Shown in pieces: positions 36,864 to 46,537 of a stretch of 64,000 nt of DNA. The notes below the pieces were generated by a model. That model was given only the letters and a program-made list of their open reading frames with translations. It had not been told where the DNA came from and ran no database searches. The position numbers and the translations under genes are program-made. The number at the start of each line of letters is the position of its first letter. Positions within the stretch are counted from its first letter, which is position 1. Source of the stretch: Candidatus Fimihabitans intestinipullorum (GTDB lineage: Bacteria; Bacillota_I; Bacilli_A; RF39; UBA660); the NCBI GenBank assembly GCA_018714965.1, contig DVML01000007.1, positions 5,323 to 69,322 on the forward strand. The letters are read 5' to 3'.

Positions 36864-37541
36864 ATGTATGACAAAATACAAATAGAAAATGGAAAATTAG
36901 TAGTATTTGCAAAATCTGATTTAGGAAATATTGTACAAGAAGTACCATTGAGTAAATTAAATTTAGAAAAAATTTTAACAGGAAACAAGATAGAATATTA
37001 CGAGCAAAAGATAGAGCAGAATAATCAAGATAAGATAAAATATCGCGACAGATTTCGTATGAATCTTCGCATTGCACGTTTATCTAAAGTGATTACTGGA
37101 TTGATCATTGCAGTACTTGTTACCTCAGGCTTTTACTTTATGCCACTTACACCACTTGTAACAAATTTAGGAATGCTCGCATTTGTTGGAACTGTAGTGA
37201 CAGGTGGAGTAGTTATAAATAAAGCAGAGAAAAATAAAGATCAGTTATGCGCTAAATTAAGTGAAATAAATAAAGTCAATGGTTATTTAAAAGCAGAACT
37301 AATAAATCTTTCTAATTATCAAAATTTGTTAAATTCTGAACCACGTCACATTGCTTTAAAGGATGACGAAAAAGATAATTTAGAAGAGTCGTATAACGAA
37401 GAATTAAAGCGTCAATTATTAATGTATAAAGAAGAAGTTTTAGCTTTTCAAAGATTAGCAAAACAAGAAGTGCAGGATGAACACTATTACAAATTGACTC
37501 ATGATTGTTTTGATATTCCAAAACAACGAGTAAAAAAGTAA
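36864..37541 (+). CDS. hypothetical membrane protein with coiled-coil C-terminal half
   Basis: 225 aa; two central TM helices. Confidence 0.4.
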   Translation: MYDKIQIENGKLVVFAKSDLGNIVQEVPLSKLNLEKILTGNKIEYYEQKIEQNNQDKIKYRDRFRMNLRIARLSKVITGLIIAVLVTSGFYFMPLTPLVTNLGMLAFVGTVVTGGVVINKAEKNKDQLCAKLSEINKVNGYLKAELINLSNYQNLLNSEPRHIALKDDEKDNLEESYNEELKRQLLMYKEEVLAFQRLAKQEVQDEHYYKLTHDCFDIPKQRVKK

Positions 37542-37648
37542 TTAGTCGTATCGTTGTATGAAAAACATCCATGAAATGTTTAACATGGATGTTTTTATTG
37601 TCACTTTTTCGGAATAGTTACATATTTTATATTGGGAGAGATGTCAGA

Positions 37649-38743
37649 ATGGGAAAATATAAAATATGTGTTTATGCGATATGCAAGAATGAGGAAAAGT
37701 TTGTAGAACGATGGATGAATTCGATGAAGGAAGCTGACTACGTTGTCGTATTAGATACAGGTTCAACGGATCAAAGTAAGAAAAAGTTAGAAGAGATGGG
37801 CGCTATTGTAAAGATTGAGGAGATTCGTCCTTGGCGTTTTGATGTAGCCCGAAATCACTCGTTGGATCTTGTTCCTAAAGATGTTGATATTTGTGTTTGT
37901 ACAGATTTAGATGAAGTGTTTGAAGCGGGATGGAGACAAAAGTTGGAAGATGCTTGGAAACCAGAAACGACGAGAGCACGATATAACTATAATTGGAGTT
38001 TTGATGAATATGGAAAGCCAGCAGTTAATTTTTATATTGAAAAAATTCATAAGAGAGAAGGCTATCGTTGGACGCATCCAGTACACGAAGTATTATCGTA
38101 CGATGGGGAAGAGTCATTTATCACTTTAGATGATATGACAGTAAATCACTATCCCGATCAAACAAAATCGAGATCAAGTTATCTTCCTTTATTAGAATTA
38201 TCGGTAAAAGAAGATCCTGAAGATGATAGAAATATGCATTATTTGGGAAGAGAATACATGTATTATGGGAGATATCAAGAAGCTATTGATACACTTAAGA
38301 AACATTTATCTTTAAAAAGAGCAACTTGGAAAGATGAACGATGCGCATCCATGCGTTTTATTGGAAGATGCTATCAATATCAAGAAGATTTTGAACACGC
38401 AGAAGAATGGTTTATAAAGGCGACACAAGAGGCACCTTATTTGAGAGATCCTTTTGTAGAATTAGGATTACTTTACTATTTTCAAAAAAGATATCAAGAA
38501 GCTGTTCGCGTATTAGAACAAGCGCTGGCTATTCCGAAAAACGAAAAAAGTTATATCAATGAACCATTTTGTTATAACGGTACTGTAGAAGACGTACTTT
38601 CTATCTGCTATTTTGAATTAGGAAATGATGAAAAATCACTCATTTATGTGAATGCGGCACTATCATTGGATCCAAACAACGAAAGGATTATCAACAATAA
38701 GAAGTTTATAGAAAATCATTTTAAAGAGCTAAAACAATCATAA
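37649..38743 (+). CDS. family 2 glycosyltransferase with C-terminal TPR repeats
   Basis: ICVYAICKNEE...VVVLDTGSTD and TDLDE (GT2 nucleotide-binding/DxD); start at ATG 37649 (RBS GGGAGAG). Confidence 0.6.
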   Translation: MGKYKICVYAICKNEEKFVERWMNSMKEADYVVVLDTGSTDQSKKKLEEMGAIVKIEEIRPWRFDVARNHSLDLVPKDVDICVCTDLDEVFEAGWRQKLEDAWKPETTRARYNYNWSFDEYGKPAVNFYIEKIHKREGYRWTHPVHEVLSYDGEESFITLDDMTVNHYPDQTKSRSSYLPLLELSVKEDPEDDRNMHYLGREYMYYGRYQEAIDTLKKHLSLKRATWKDERCASMRFIGRCYQYQEDFEHAEEWFIKATQEAPYLRDPFVELGLLYYFQKRYQEAVRVLEQALAIPKNEKSYINEPFCYNGTVEDVLSICYFELGNDEKSLIYVNAALSLDPNNERIINNKKFIENHFKELKQS

Positions 38744-38801
38744 GTTTTAGCTTTTTTTAATAAATAGAAAAAAAAGAAATAAAATAAAGTAAGGTGATTA
38801 T

Positions 38802-39026
38802 ATGGCTATTAGGATCGGCTTTCTTACACTTGGTTTTTTTATGTCACTGATTGGGAGTATCTATATTATTACTTATTTAAATTTGATGACAGTAGGGTAT
38901 AATTTTTTAGAATATGTCAACTTTATAATTAGACGTACAGAATGTATTATCTTTATGATAGGCATGATTTTGATGTTATTATCAATTTATTTACCAGGAG
39001 GAGATAAATATGAATTACATTTATGA
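38802..39026 (+). CDS. small membrane protein (2 TM)
   Basis: 74-aa hydrophobic ORF. Confidence 0.35.
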   Translation: MAIRIGFLTLGFFMSLIGSIYIITYLNLMTVGYNFLEYVNFIIRRTECIIFMIGMILMLLSIYLPGGDKYELHL

Positions 39027-39651
39027 TATCTTAATTAATTTTCAACCAATTTTGTATGATTTTTATGAATGGAATTTAAATGATAATATTGAACATATCA
39101 GAAAAGTACCGATGTTCCGTGTTACTGAAAAAGATCTAAATGAGATTCGAGATTATAAGATACAATTAGATCGAGACATACTTGTAAAGATTTATAAAAA
39201 AACGGAAAAATTTACAAAGCATGATTTAGAATTGATCCCATATGTCTGTATTTTTAGCAGCGAAAAAGAAGCATTAGCGGTTCAGTTTGATAAAAAAGGA
39301 ATAGCAATAAAGAAAAGCAAGCTATTGATAGATGAGGAAAATGAAGTATTAGATGTTGCAGAACGGGTTTCTATTTTTTCACTTACATATAAAAAATTAA
39401 AAAAGGAAGTATGCGTTACAAATAAGACGAGACGCGAGGTGGCAACCGAAAGGTGGTTAAGAAGAGAGTTAAAAAAATTAAAAGACAGAAATATTGAAAA
39501 ATTAAAATATTTGTATTATGAATGTTTCAATCAAAAAGAGAAAGATATAAAAAAGATTATCACAAATTTTGAAAACACTTTGGAGTGTGGTGGAAATGAG
39601 ATTATAGAAAGAATGCAGAGTTTCTTTAAGCTCACACAATCTCAGAAATAA
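39010..39651 (+). CDS. hypothetical protein
   Basis: 213-aa K/E-rich ORF, no motif recognised. Confidence 0.4.
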   Translation: MNYIYDILINFQPILYDFYEWNLNDNIEHIRKVPMFRVTEKDLNEIRDYKIQLDRDILVKIYKKTEKFTKHDLELIPYVCIFSSEKEALAVQFDKKGIAIKKSKLLIDEENEVLDVAERVSIFSLTYKKLKKEVCVTNKTRREVATERWLRRELKKLKDRNIEKLKYLYYECFNQKEKDIKKIITNFENTLECGGNEIIERMQSFFKLTQSQK

Positions 39652-39653
39652 TA

Positions 39654-39682
39654 TTGACACATCAAAGAAACTATATTATACT
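39654..39682 (+). promoter_or_regulatory. sigma-A promoter TTGACA-N17-TATACT
   Basis: TTGACA 39654-39659, TATACT 39677-39682; drives T-box leader of asnS. Confidence 0.65.
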
Positions 39683-39689
39683 ACTTGTA

Positions 39690-39904
39690 GAACTGTGAAG
39701 TGGAGAAGTAGGGTTTGAACTGCACGAAAGAGAGTCGGGATGGTGGAAACCGATGTGTAAGCAAATTTGAATAACACCATGGAGTTGTCTAGATGAAATA
39801 ATAGTAGTTTAGACCGGTCATACCGTTATCGATGAAGAGAGCAAGATTACTTGAAGAAGGGTGGTACCGCGTCTTTTTGACGTCCCTTTACAAGTAATTT
39901 TTTT
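39690..39904 (+). promoter_or_regulatory. T-box riboswitch leader, Asn specifier (AAC)
   Basis: AGAGAG box (39729-39734), specifier AAC+A (39773-39776), canonical T-box AGGGTGGTACCGCG (39858-39871), terminator T-run 39898-39904. Confidence 0.8.
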
Positions 39905-39921
39905 GTAAGGAGGCTGATAGA

Positions 39922-41313
39922 ATGAAATCGATAGATGTGAAAGATCTAAGGCAAAAATTAGAAGATTACATGGGCAAAGAAATTCGCTTGCAAGGGTGGA
40001 TTCGTAATCATAGAAAGCAAAAAGAATTTGGCTTTATTGATTTTTACGATGGAACTTGTTTTGGGAGTGTACAATTAGTCTACGATAATACATTAGAAAG
40101 TTTTGAGCAGATTCAAAAATATAGAGTAGGATCTAGTATTGAGGTTTTAGGAACAGTAGAAAAGTCTCCTGCTAAGGGACAAACGTTTGAAATTAAAGTT
40201 TCTACACTTACTTTATTGGGAGATAGTCCAGAAGATTATCCAATTCAACCAAAGAGACATACGAGAGAATTTTTAAGAGAAGTAGGATATCTTCGTCCGA
40301 GAGTAAATTTATTTCAAGCGGTTTTCCGTGTAAGAAGCGTTGTGGCAATGGCAATTCATACGTATTTTCAAGAAAATGGATACATCTATTTTCATGCTCC
40401 ACTTATTACGGCAAGTGATTGTGAAGGAGCAGGTGAAATGTTCCAAGTGACCACTTTAGATTTAGAAAAACTTCCGAAAACAGAGGATGATAAAATTGAT
40501 TTTCATCAAGATTTTTTCGGAAAACCAGCAAGTTTAACAGTGTCTGGTCAATTACAGGCGGAAGCTTTCGCAATGGCATTTAAAAGAGTATATACATTTG
40601 GACCGACGTTTCGTGCGGAAAATTCAAATACGAAAACACATGCAAGTGAGTTTTGGATGATTGAACCAGAAATAGCGTTCTGTGATTTAGATGGAGTTAT
40701 GGATATCGAGGAAGATATGTTAAAGTTTATCATTCGCTATGTATTAGAACATTGCGAAGAGGAAATGAAATTCTTTGATTCTTTCGTTGAAAAAGGCATC
40801 ATTCAAAAGTTAAAAGATGTCGTCGATGCCAAGGCTGCTCGTATTACACATAAAGAAGCAATTGATATTTTACTTGCAAGTGGTGAGAAATTTGAAAATA
40901 AACCAACTTATGGAGAAGATTTAGCAACAGAACACGAAAAATACTTAACGGGAGTCCACTTTAAAAGTCCTGTCTTTGTAACAGATTGGCCAAAGGATAT
41001 CAAAGCGTTTTACATGAGACAAAACGATGATGGACAGACGGTTGCTGCTGTTGATTTATTAGTGCCAGGAGCAGGAGAATTGATGGGTGGAAGCCAGAGA
41101 GAAGAGCGACTTGATAGATTAGAGAGTCGTATGAAAGAATTAAATATGGAAACAGAAGGTATGGAATGGTATTTGAACTTACGTCGTTATGGTGGATGTA
41201 AGCACTCTGGATTCGGAATGGGATTTGAGCGTCTTTTAATCTATATGACGGGAGTAGAGAACATTCGTGATGTTATTCCATTCCCAAGAACACCTGGAAA
41301 CTGTGAGTTTTAA
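39922..41313 (+). CDS. asnS: asparagine--tRNA ligase
   Basis: 463 aa class IIb aaRS (FRAE, GGS..ER, GFGMGFERL motifs); Asn-specific T-box upstream. Confidence 0.85.
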   Translation: MKSIDVKDLRQKLEDYMGKEIRLQGWIRNHRKQKEFGFIDFYDGTCFGSVQLVYDNTLESFEQIQKYRVGSSIEVLGTVEKSPAKGQTFEIKVSTLTLLGDSPEDYPIQPKRHTREFLREVGYLRPRVNLFQAVFRVRSVVAMAIHTYFQENGYIYFHAPLITASDCEGAGEMFQVTTLDLEKLPKTEDDKIDFHQDFFGKPASLTVSGQLQAEAFAMAFKRVYTFGPTFRAENSNTKTHASEFWMIEPEIAFCDLDGVMDIEEDMLKFIIRYVLEHCEEEMKFFDSFVEKGIIQKLKDVVDAKAARITHKEAIDILLASGEKFENKPTYGEDLATEHEKYLTGVHFKSPVFVTDWPKDIKAFYMRQNDDGQTVAAVDLLVPGAGELMGGSQREERLDRLESRMKELNMETEGMEWYLNLRRYGGCKHSGFGMGFERLLIYMTGVENIRDVIPFPRTPGNCEF

Positions 41314-41367
41314 AAAGAGAAATAATTCTCTTTTTCTTGTATGGAAGTAAAAAAGAGGAGAAATAAA

Positions 41368-41757
41368 ATGAGACAGAAAGGATTTACATTATTGGAATTA
41401 TTAGCTGTGATTGTGATATTGGCGATCGTTGCACTAATTACAGTGCCATTGATCATGAATACTATAGAAGATGCCAAAGAAGGTGCATATGAAGAGAGTG
41501 TAAGAGGTGCGATTGCTACAGCTAGTATGGATGCGGCACGCTCTAAATTTCAATACGAAAATTATGTAGTAAAAGATGGTGGCGTCTATCGGGATGATAC
41601 GAAGATCGATATGAAAGGTGGTATTTCTGGTACAGGTATCATCGTTATTCGTAAAGAAGAAGGAGTAAAAGTTTCCATTCAAAATGGTGAGATATGTGCG
41701 TATAAAGATTTTAAAGATGAACATGTTACTTATGAAAAAAGAACTTGTCCAGAATAA
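41368..41757 (+). CDS. type IV pilin-like / ComGC-like prepilin
   Basis: MRQKG/FTLLELLAVIVILAIVALI class III signal (G/FTLLE) followed by a small globular domain; start at ATG 41368 (RBS AAGAGGAG). Confidence 0.65.
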   Translation: MRQKGFTLLELLAVIVILAIVALITVPLIMNTIEDAKEGAYEESVRGAIATASMDAARSKFQYENYVVKDGGVYRDDTKIDMKGGISGTGIIVIRKEEGVKVSIQNGEICAYKDFKDEHVTYEKRTCPE

Positions 41758-41793
41758 AATAGTATAATTTGGTATTTTTCTTCCAAACTAATA

Positions 41794-42363
41794 ATGAGGA
41801 GGAAAAATATGAAGAAATTAATAGGAATCTGTTGTGCTTTAATGCTTTTCTGTGGATGTTCTCTTGGAGAAGATATGACGAATACGCCAACGAAAAAAAC
41901 GGAAGAATTCTTATCGAAATATCAAACATTAGATGGCGATGTTTTAGATAGTTTAGATAATGTCATCGATGAAGATGTCAATTTTAATACAACGCAGAGA
42001 GATCAGTATCGTGAATTGATGAAGAAACATTATCAAAACTTGACGTATGAGATCAAAGACGAAAAGATCGATGGAAATAAGGCAACAGTTACAGCAGAGA
42101 TAGAAGTGACAGATTATACAAACATATTAGAAGAAGCGGATAAAGTACTCAAAGAAACTCCTGAGAAATTTCAAGATGAAAGTAAGAATTTTGACGAGAG
42201 TAAATTTATGGACTATCGTCTAGAAAAATTGAAAGATGCATCTGATACCGTAACGTATACGGTCAACTTTCACTTAACAAAGAAAGATGGTACTTGGGAG
42301 ATGGATCCATTATCTGATGAGCAAGAACAAAAAATACATGGTATGTATCGAAATGAAAGATAA
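41794..42363 (+). CDS. lipoprotein (lipobox LFCGC)
   Basis: Signal peptide MKKLIGICCALMLFCGC; acidic mature domain. Confidence 0.55.
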   Translation: MRRKNMKKLIGICCALMLFCGCSLGEDMTNTPTKKTEEFLSKYQTLDGDVLDSLDNVIDEDVNFNTTQRDQYRELMKKHYQNLTYEIKDEKIDGNKATVTAEIEVTDYTNILEEADKVLKETPEKFQDESKNFDESKFMDYRLEKLKDASDTVTYTVNFHLTKKDGTWEMDPLSDEQEQKIHGMYRNER

Positions 42364-42428
42364 GCAATTATCTTTTTTTCGTATTCTAAACGTGTCCACT
42401 TCGACATAAACTGATATAGGTGAAAGTT

Positions 42429-43523
42429 ATGAAGAAATGGATGATATTCATTGTTTGTCTTTTTATATTTCCGCTAAATGTAAATGCGATTTCGACAAGC
42501 GCACAAGCATCGATTTTATTGGATCAAAATTCTAATCGAATTTTATATGGGCAAAATATAGACACTGTTCGTAGTGTTGCGAGTATTTCTAAAATTATGA
42601 CAGGAATTTTAGCTGTGGAAAGTGGGAAGTTAGATCATACAGTTACAATTAACGATGTCGTTTTAAGAGCCTATGGATCAGGAATATATGTCAAAGTTGG
42701 AGAAAAACTAAAATTACGCGATTTAGTATATGGCTTGATGCTTCGAAGTGGAAACGATGCTGCGCTTGCCATTGCTGATTACGTCGGTGGTAGTGTCGAT
42801 AAGTTTGTAGCATTAATGAATGAAAAAGCGAAAGAAATCGGAATGAAGAATACGACATTTCATAATCCAAGTGGATTAGATGAAGAAGAGGAAGTTGGAA
42901 ATTATTCTACCGCCTATGACATGGCAATTCTAATGAGTTATGCCATGAAGAACGAAGATTTTAAAAAAATAGTGGGAACGAAAAAGTATACGTTAAAGAC
43001 AAATAAAAATCATTATATATGGTATAACAAAAATAAGTTATTGCAAACGTATCAATATGCGACAGGTGGTAAGACAGGATTTACCAAAAAGGCACGTCGG
43101 ACTTTAGTGTCAACCGCAACAAAAGGAAATGTAAACTTAATAGCAGTGACTCTAAACGATGGAAATGATTTTCAGGATCATGAAAATTTACACGAATATG
43201 GATTTGATAATTTCCAGTCCTATTTGGTTTTAAAAAAGGGAAATCTAAAGATTGCGAAAGAAAATTATTATCGTGGAGATACGCTCTATATCAATCAAGA
43301 TATTCGAATCGCATTACAACCATCGGAAAAAGATGCTGTTCATATCAATTATAAATTAGAAAAAAAAGATGATTATAAAAATGGTGATCAGGTAGGAGTT
43401 GTAGAATTATTTTTAGGAGAAGAAAAAATTTCGGACGTTCCAATTATGGTGCGTGTCGAAAACAATGGCAAGCACTACCAAAAAAGCTTATGGGATAAAA
43501 TCAAGGGTTGGTTCACATCATGA
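42429..43523 (+). CDS. dacB: D-alanyl-D-alanine carboxypeptidase (sporulation-type DacB-like)
   Basis: SxxK (ASISKIMT), SGN (RSGNDAA) and KTG (GGKTGFT) motifs; followed by spmA-spmB as in the classic dacB-spmA-spmB operon. Confidence 0.75.
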   Translation: MKKWMIFIVCLFIFPLNVNAISTSAQASILLDQNSNRILYGQNIDTVRSVASISKIMTGILAVESGKLDHTVTINDVVLRAYGSGIYVKVGEKLKLRDLVYGLMLRSGNDAALAIADYVGGSVDKFVALMNEKAKEIGMKNTTFHNPSGLDEEEEVGNYSTAYDMAILMSYAMKNEDFKKIVGTKKYTLKTNKNHYIWYNKNKLLQTYQYATGGKTGFTKKARRTLVSTATKGNVNLIAVTLNDGNDFQDHENLHEYGFDNFQSYLVLKKGNLKIAKENYYRGDTLYINQDIRIALQPSEKDAVHINYKLEKKDDYKNGDQVGVVELFLGEEKISDVPIMVRVENNGKHYQKSLWDKIKGWFTS

Positions 43524-44104
43524 TGAATAAAATATGGGCTTTTTTCATCGTAAGTAGTATTCTATTTTCATTATGCACAGGAAATTTAGATACGATGAAT
43601 AAGCAAATCTTAGATACTGGGAAAGTAGCATTTGAAATGACAGTGAAAATTATACCAGTAATGGCATTATGGTTAGGAATTATGAAAATCGCATCGCTAT
43701 CGGGACTGTTATCTAAAATGGCATGTAAAATATCACGACCATTAAAAATTTTGTTTCCTGATATTCCCAAGAATCATGAATCTTTTTCCTTGATTTCATC
43801 TAATATCATTGCAAATTTATTTGGACTAGGTAACGCAGCAACTCCATTTGGATTGAAAGCGATGGAATCTTTACAAACGATCAATCCGAAAAAAGATACG
43901 GCAAGTCGTAGTATGATCACGTTTTTAGTGTTAAACACGAGTGGGCTTACTTTGATCCCGACGACGATTATTTCTCTGCGGATGATGTATGGCAGTAAAA
44001 ATCCAACAGAAATCGTAGTAGGATGTATTTTAGCAACGTTGTGTGCGACATTGGCTGGCCTTTTGATGGATCGATTCCTTGCGCGTAGGAGCAATCATGA
44101 TTAG
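43520..44104 (+). CDS. spmA: spore maturation protein A (nucleoside-recognition domain)
   Basis: ~195-aa polytopic membrane protein immediately after dacB, ATGA overlap. Confidence 0.6.
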   Translation: MMNKIWAFFIVSSILFSLCTGNLDTMNKQILDTGKVAFEMTVKIIPVMALWLGIMKIASLSGLLSKMACKISRPLKILFPDIPKNHESFSLISSNIIANLFGLGNAATPFGLKAMESLQTINPKKDTASRSMITFLVLNTSGLTLIPTTIISLRMMYGSKNPTEIVVGCILATLCATLAGLLMDRFLARRSNHD

Positions 44105-44618
44105 CGCTATTTCTAATATGTTAATTCCATGTTTGGTATGTGGTATTATCCTCTATGGCGTAAGACATAAAGTCGATGTATACGACGCTTTTATCGAGGG
44201 AGCAAAAGAAAGTTTTCCGATGATAAAATCGATGTTTCCAACGTTTTTAGGTATGATTTTTGGTATCAATTTATTCTTAAATAGTGGTATATTAGAATTT
44301 CTTTTGAATTTTTTAAATCCTTTCCTAGAGTTTCTAAAAATTCCATTAGATATTGTTCCAATGGCAGTGTTACGACCAATTTCAGGAAGTTCTACTTTGG
44401 CTATTCTAAACTACATTTTTGAAGTGTCTGGACCGGACAGTTTTATCGGACGACTTGCTTCTATCATTCAAGGATCTACCGATACTACATTTTATATTAT
44501 TACACTGTATTTTGGATGTGTTGGAATCAAAAAAATTAAGTATGCCTTATGGGCAGGGCTTTTTGCAGATTTGATTGGAATTACTGCTAGTTTAATCATC
44601 GTACAATTGCTTTTTTAA
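44097..44618 (+). CDS. spmB: spore maturation protein B
   Basis: ~173-aa polytopic membrane protein overlapping spmA end. Confidence 0.6.
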   Translation: MISAISNMLIPCLVCGIILYGVRHKVDVYDAFIEGAKESFPMIKSMFPTFLGMIFGINLFLNSGILEFLLNFLNPFLEFLKIPLDIVPMAVLRPISGSSTLAILNYIFEVSGPDSFIGRLASIIQGSTDTTFYIITLYFGCVGIKKIKYALWAGLFADLIGITASLIIVQLLF

Positions 44619-44654
44619 GATGTTTCCTGTATAATCTAATCACAGGTGATTGGT

Positions 44655-45371
44655 ATGGAAAGACTACAGAAAGTGATTGCAAATTACGGAGTTTGTTCTA
44701 GACGTAAGGCAGAAGAACTAATTTCAAAAGGACATGTTACTGTGAATGGAAAGTTAGTTACAACGTTAGGGACAACGGTAAGTGATAAAGATATCATCGA
44801 AGTTGATGGAGAACGAATTAACAAAGAACAAAAAGAGTATATTTTACTGTTTAAACCAAGAGGTACTGTAACGACCACACATGATGATAAAGGTAGAAAA
44901 ACAGTCATGGATTATATCGAGACAGATAAGAGAGTTTACCCGGTAGGAAGGTTAGATTATGATACGACAGGTGTCTTGCTCTTGACAAACGATGGGGAAC
45001 TATCTAATATGTTAATGCATCCAAAAGCGGAAATAGAAAAAGTATATGTTGCTAAAGTAAAAGGTATATTGAGTGGGGAAGAGATCAATCGTTTGAAACG
45101 AGGAGTTGTGATCGACGGTAGAAAGACAGCGCCAGCCAAGGTAAAAGTGCGAAAGGTAGATAAGAAGGCGCAGACAAGTATCGTTGAGATCTCGATTCAC
45201 GAAGGTCGTAATCATCAAGTAAAGAAGATGTTTGAACGTGTCGGACACGATGTATTAAAGTTAAAAAGAGAACGTCTTGCTTTTTTAGATTTAAAGGGAT
45301 TAAAATCTGGAGAATATCGATATTTAAAAATAAAAGAGGTTCATCAATTATATATGCTTGCAAAAAAATAA
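44655..45371 (+). CDS. rluB: RluB/RsuA-family pseudouridine synthase (S4 domain + catalytic domain)
   Basis: N-terminal S4-like RLQKVIANYGVCSRRKAEELI; catalytic VGRLDYDTTGVLLLTNDG with Asp. Confidence 0.7.
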   Translation: MERLQKVIANYGVCSRRKAEELISKGHVTVNGKLVTTLGTTVSDKDIIEVDGERINKEQKEYILLFKPRGTVTTTHDDKGRKTVMDYIETDKRVYPVGRLDYDTTGVLLLTNDGELSNMLMHPKAEIEKVYVAKVKGILSGEEINRLKRGVVIDGRKTAPAKVKVRKVDKKAQTSIVEISIHEGRNHQVKKMFERVGHDVLKLKRERLAFLDLKGLKSGEYRYLKIKEVHQLYMLAKK

Positions 45372-45398
45372 AAAAGATTTCAAAATTGAAATCTTTTT

Positions 45399-45593
45399 TT
45401 ATTCGTCTATTACGATAGCACCAGTAGGGCACATATCAGCAGCATCTTGAATTTCTTCTTCTGCTTCTTTGATATTGCTTCCTTCCACTACAGTTGCTAA
45501 TCCTTCTTCGTCAATTTCAAAGATATTACTAGCAATTCCTTGGCATGCACCACAACCGATACATACATCTCTATTTACATGAACTTTTTCCAT
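45399..45593 (-). CDS. 4Fe-4S ferredoxin
   Basis: 64 aa with CIGCGAC and C-terminal CP motif; bidirectional hairpin between it and rluB. Confidence 0.7.
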   Translation of the reverse strand: MEKVHVNRDVCIGCGACQGIASNIFEIDEEGLATVVEGSNIKEAEEEIQDAADMCPTGAIVIDE

Positions 45594-45703
45594 ATATTTC
45601 CTCCCGTTTCATTATAAAAAATTTTATGCGAAAATGCAAGGAAATAGTTTAAAAACTTTGTCAAATATGGTATGATGTAAGCAGACGGTAGGTGAGGGTT
45701 ATT

Positions 45704-46525
45704 ATGGCAAGTCGAATGGAACGTTATTATCAATTAAATACCGAAACGCCAAGACGTAGCAAACGAAATCAAGCATTATATGAGAAGATATACGAAACAA
45801 GTGGAGAATACTCTAATATCGAAGGAATTGCTAAGATAGAAAAGACAAATGAAATCGATATTAATAAAATTAAAGAAATGTTACGTCAAAGAGAAGAGAG
45901 AAAAAAAGGAAGAGTAGTAAATCAAGAGAATGTTAAAAAAACGACGCCAGAACCACCGAAAGTAGAAAAAATAGAGCCGGCCGTAGAAAAAAATTATGAT
46001 ATTCGTGATATTTTAGTAAAAGCAAAATCTCAAAAAGAAGAAACAGAAAGCGATCGATATCATAGTTTGAAAAATACTCAATATAACATTTTAAAGGGAA
46101 TTAATCTAAAGGACGAACTAAATAGAAGAGATTATATGGATCAAGATGAAGATGAATTAAAAGAATTGATTCATACGATTACGAATGCAAGTTTATTAAA
46201 TAAAATGGCTGATGAAGATTTATCGTTAGATTTGTTAAGCGACTTAAAATCGGTCGATAATACACAGATCAATAGTGAAGCAATTCAGGCTATTTTAAAA
46301 GAGGAAAAAGAAGAACAGAGAAAACAAGATTTCGATGATACGAGAGATCTAGATAAATCATTCTATACTTCTAGTTTGAACTTTAGCGATGAAGATTTTG
46401 ATGAATTAGGAGAAATTAAAAAGAAGATTACAAAACGGAGAGCTATTTTAAAAGGCATTGGAATGGTCGTTATTTTGATTCTTGTTGTCGTTGCAGCATA
46501 CTTTGTGGGAAAATATTTATTATAA
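45704..46525 (+). CDS. hypothetical charged protein with C-terminal TM anchor
   Basis: Start at ATG 45704 (RBS GGTGAGGG); K/E-rich; C-terminal GIGMVVILILVVVAAYFVG. Confidence 0.45.
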   Translation: MASRMERYYQLNTETPRRSKRNQALYEKIYETSGEYSNIEGIAKIEKTNEIDINKIKEMLRQREERKKGRVVNQENVKKTTPEPPKVEKIEPAVEKNYDIRDILVKAKSQKEETESDRYHSLKNTQYNILKGINLKDELNRRDYMDQDEDELKELIHTITNASLLNKMADEDLSLDLLSDLKSVDNTQINSEAIQAILKEEKEEQRKQDFDDTRDLDKSFYTSSLNFSDEDFDELGEIKKKITKRRAILKGIGMVVILILVVVAAYFVGKYLL

Positions 46526-46537
46526 AAAGAAAAGTAA

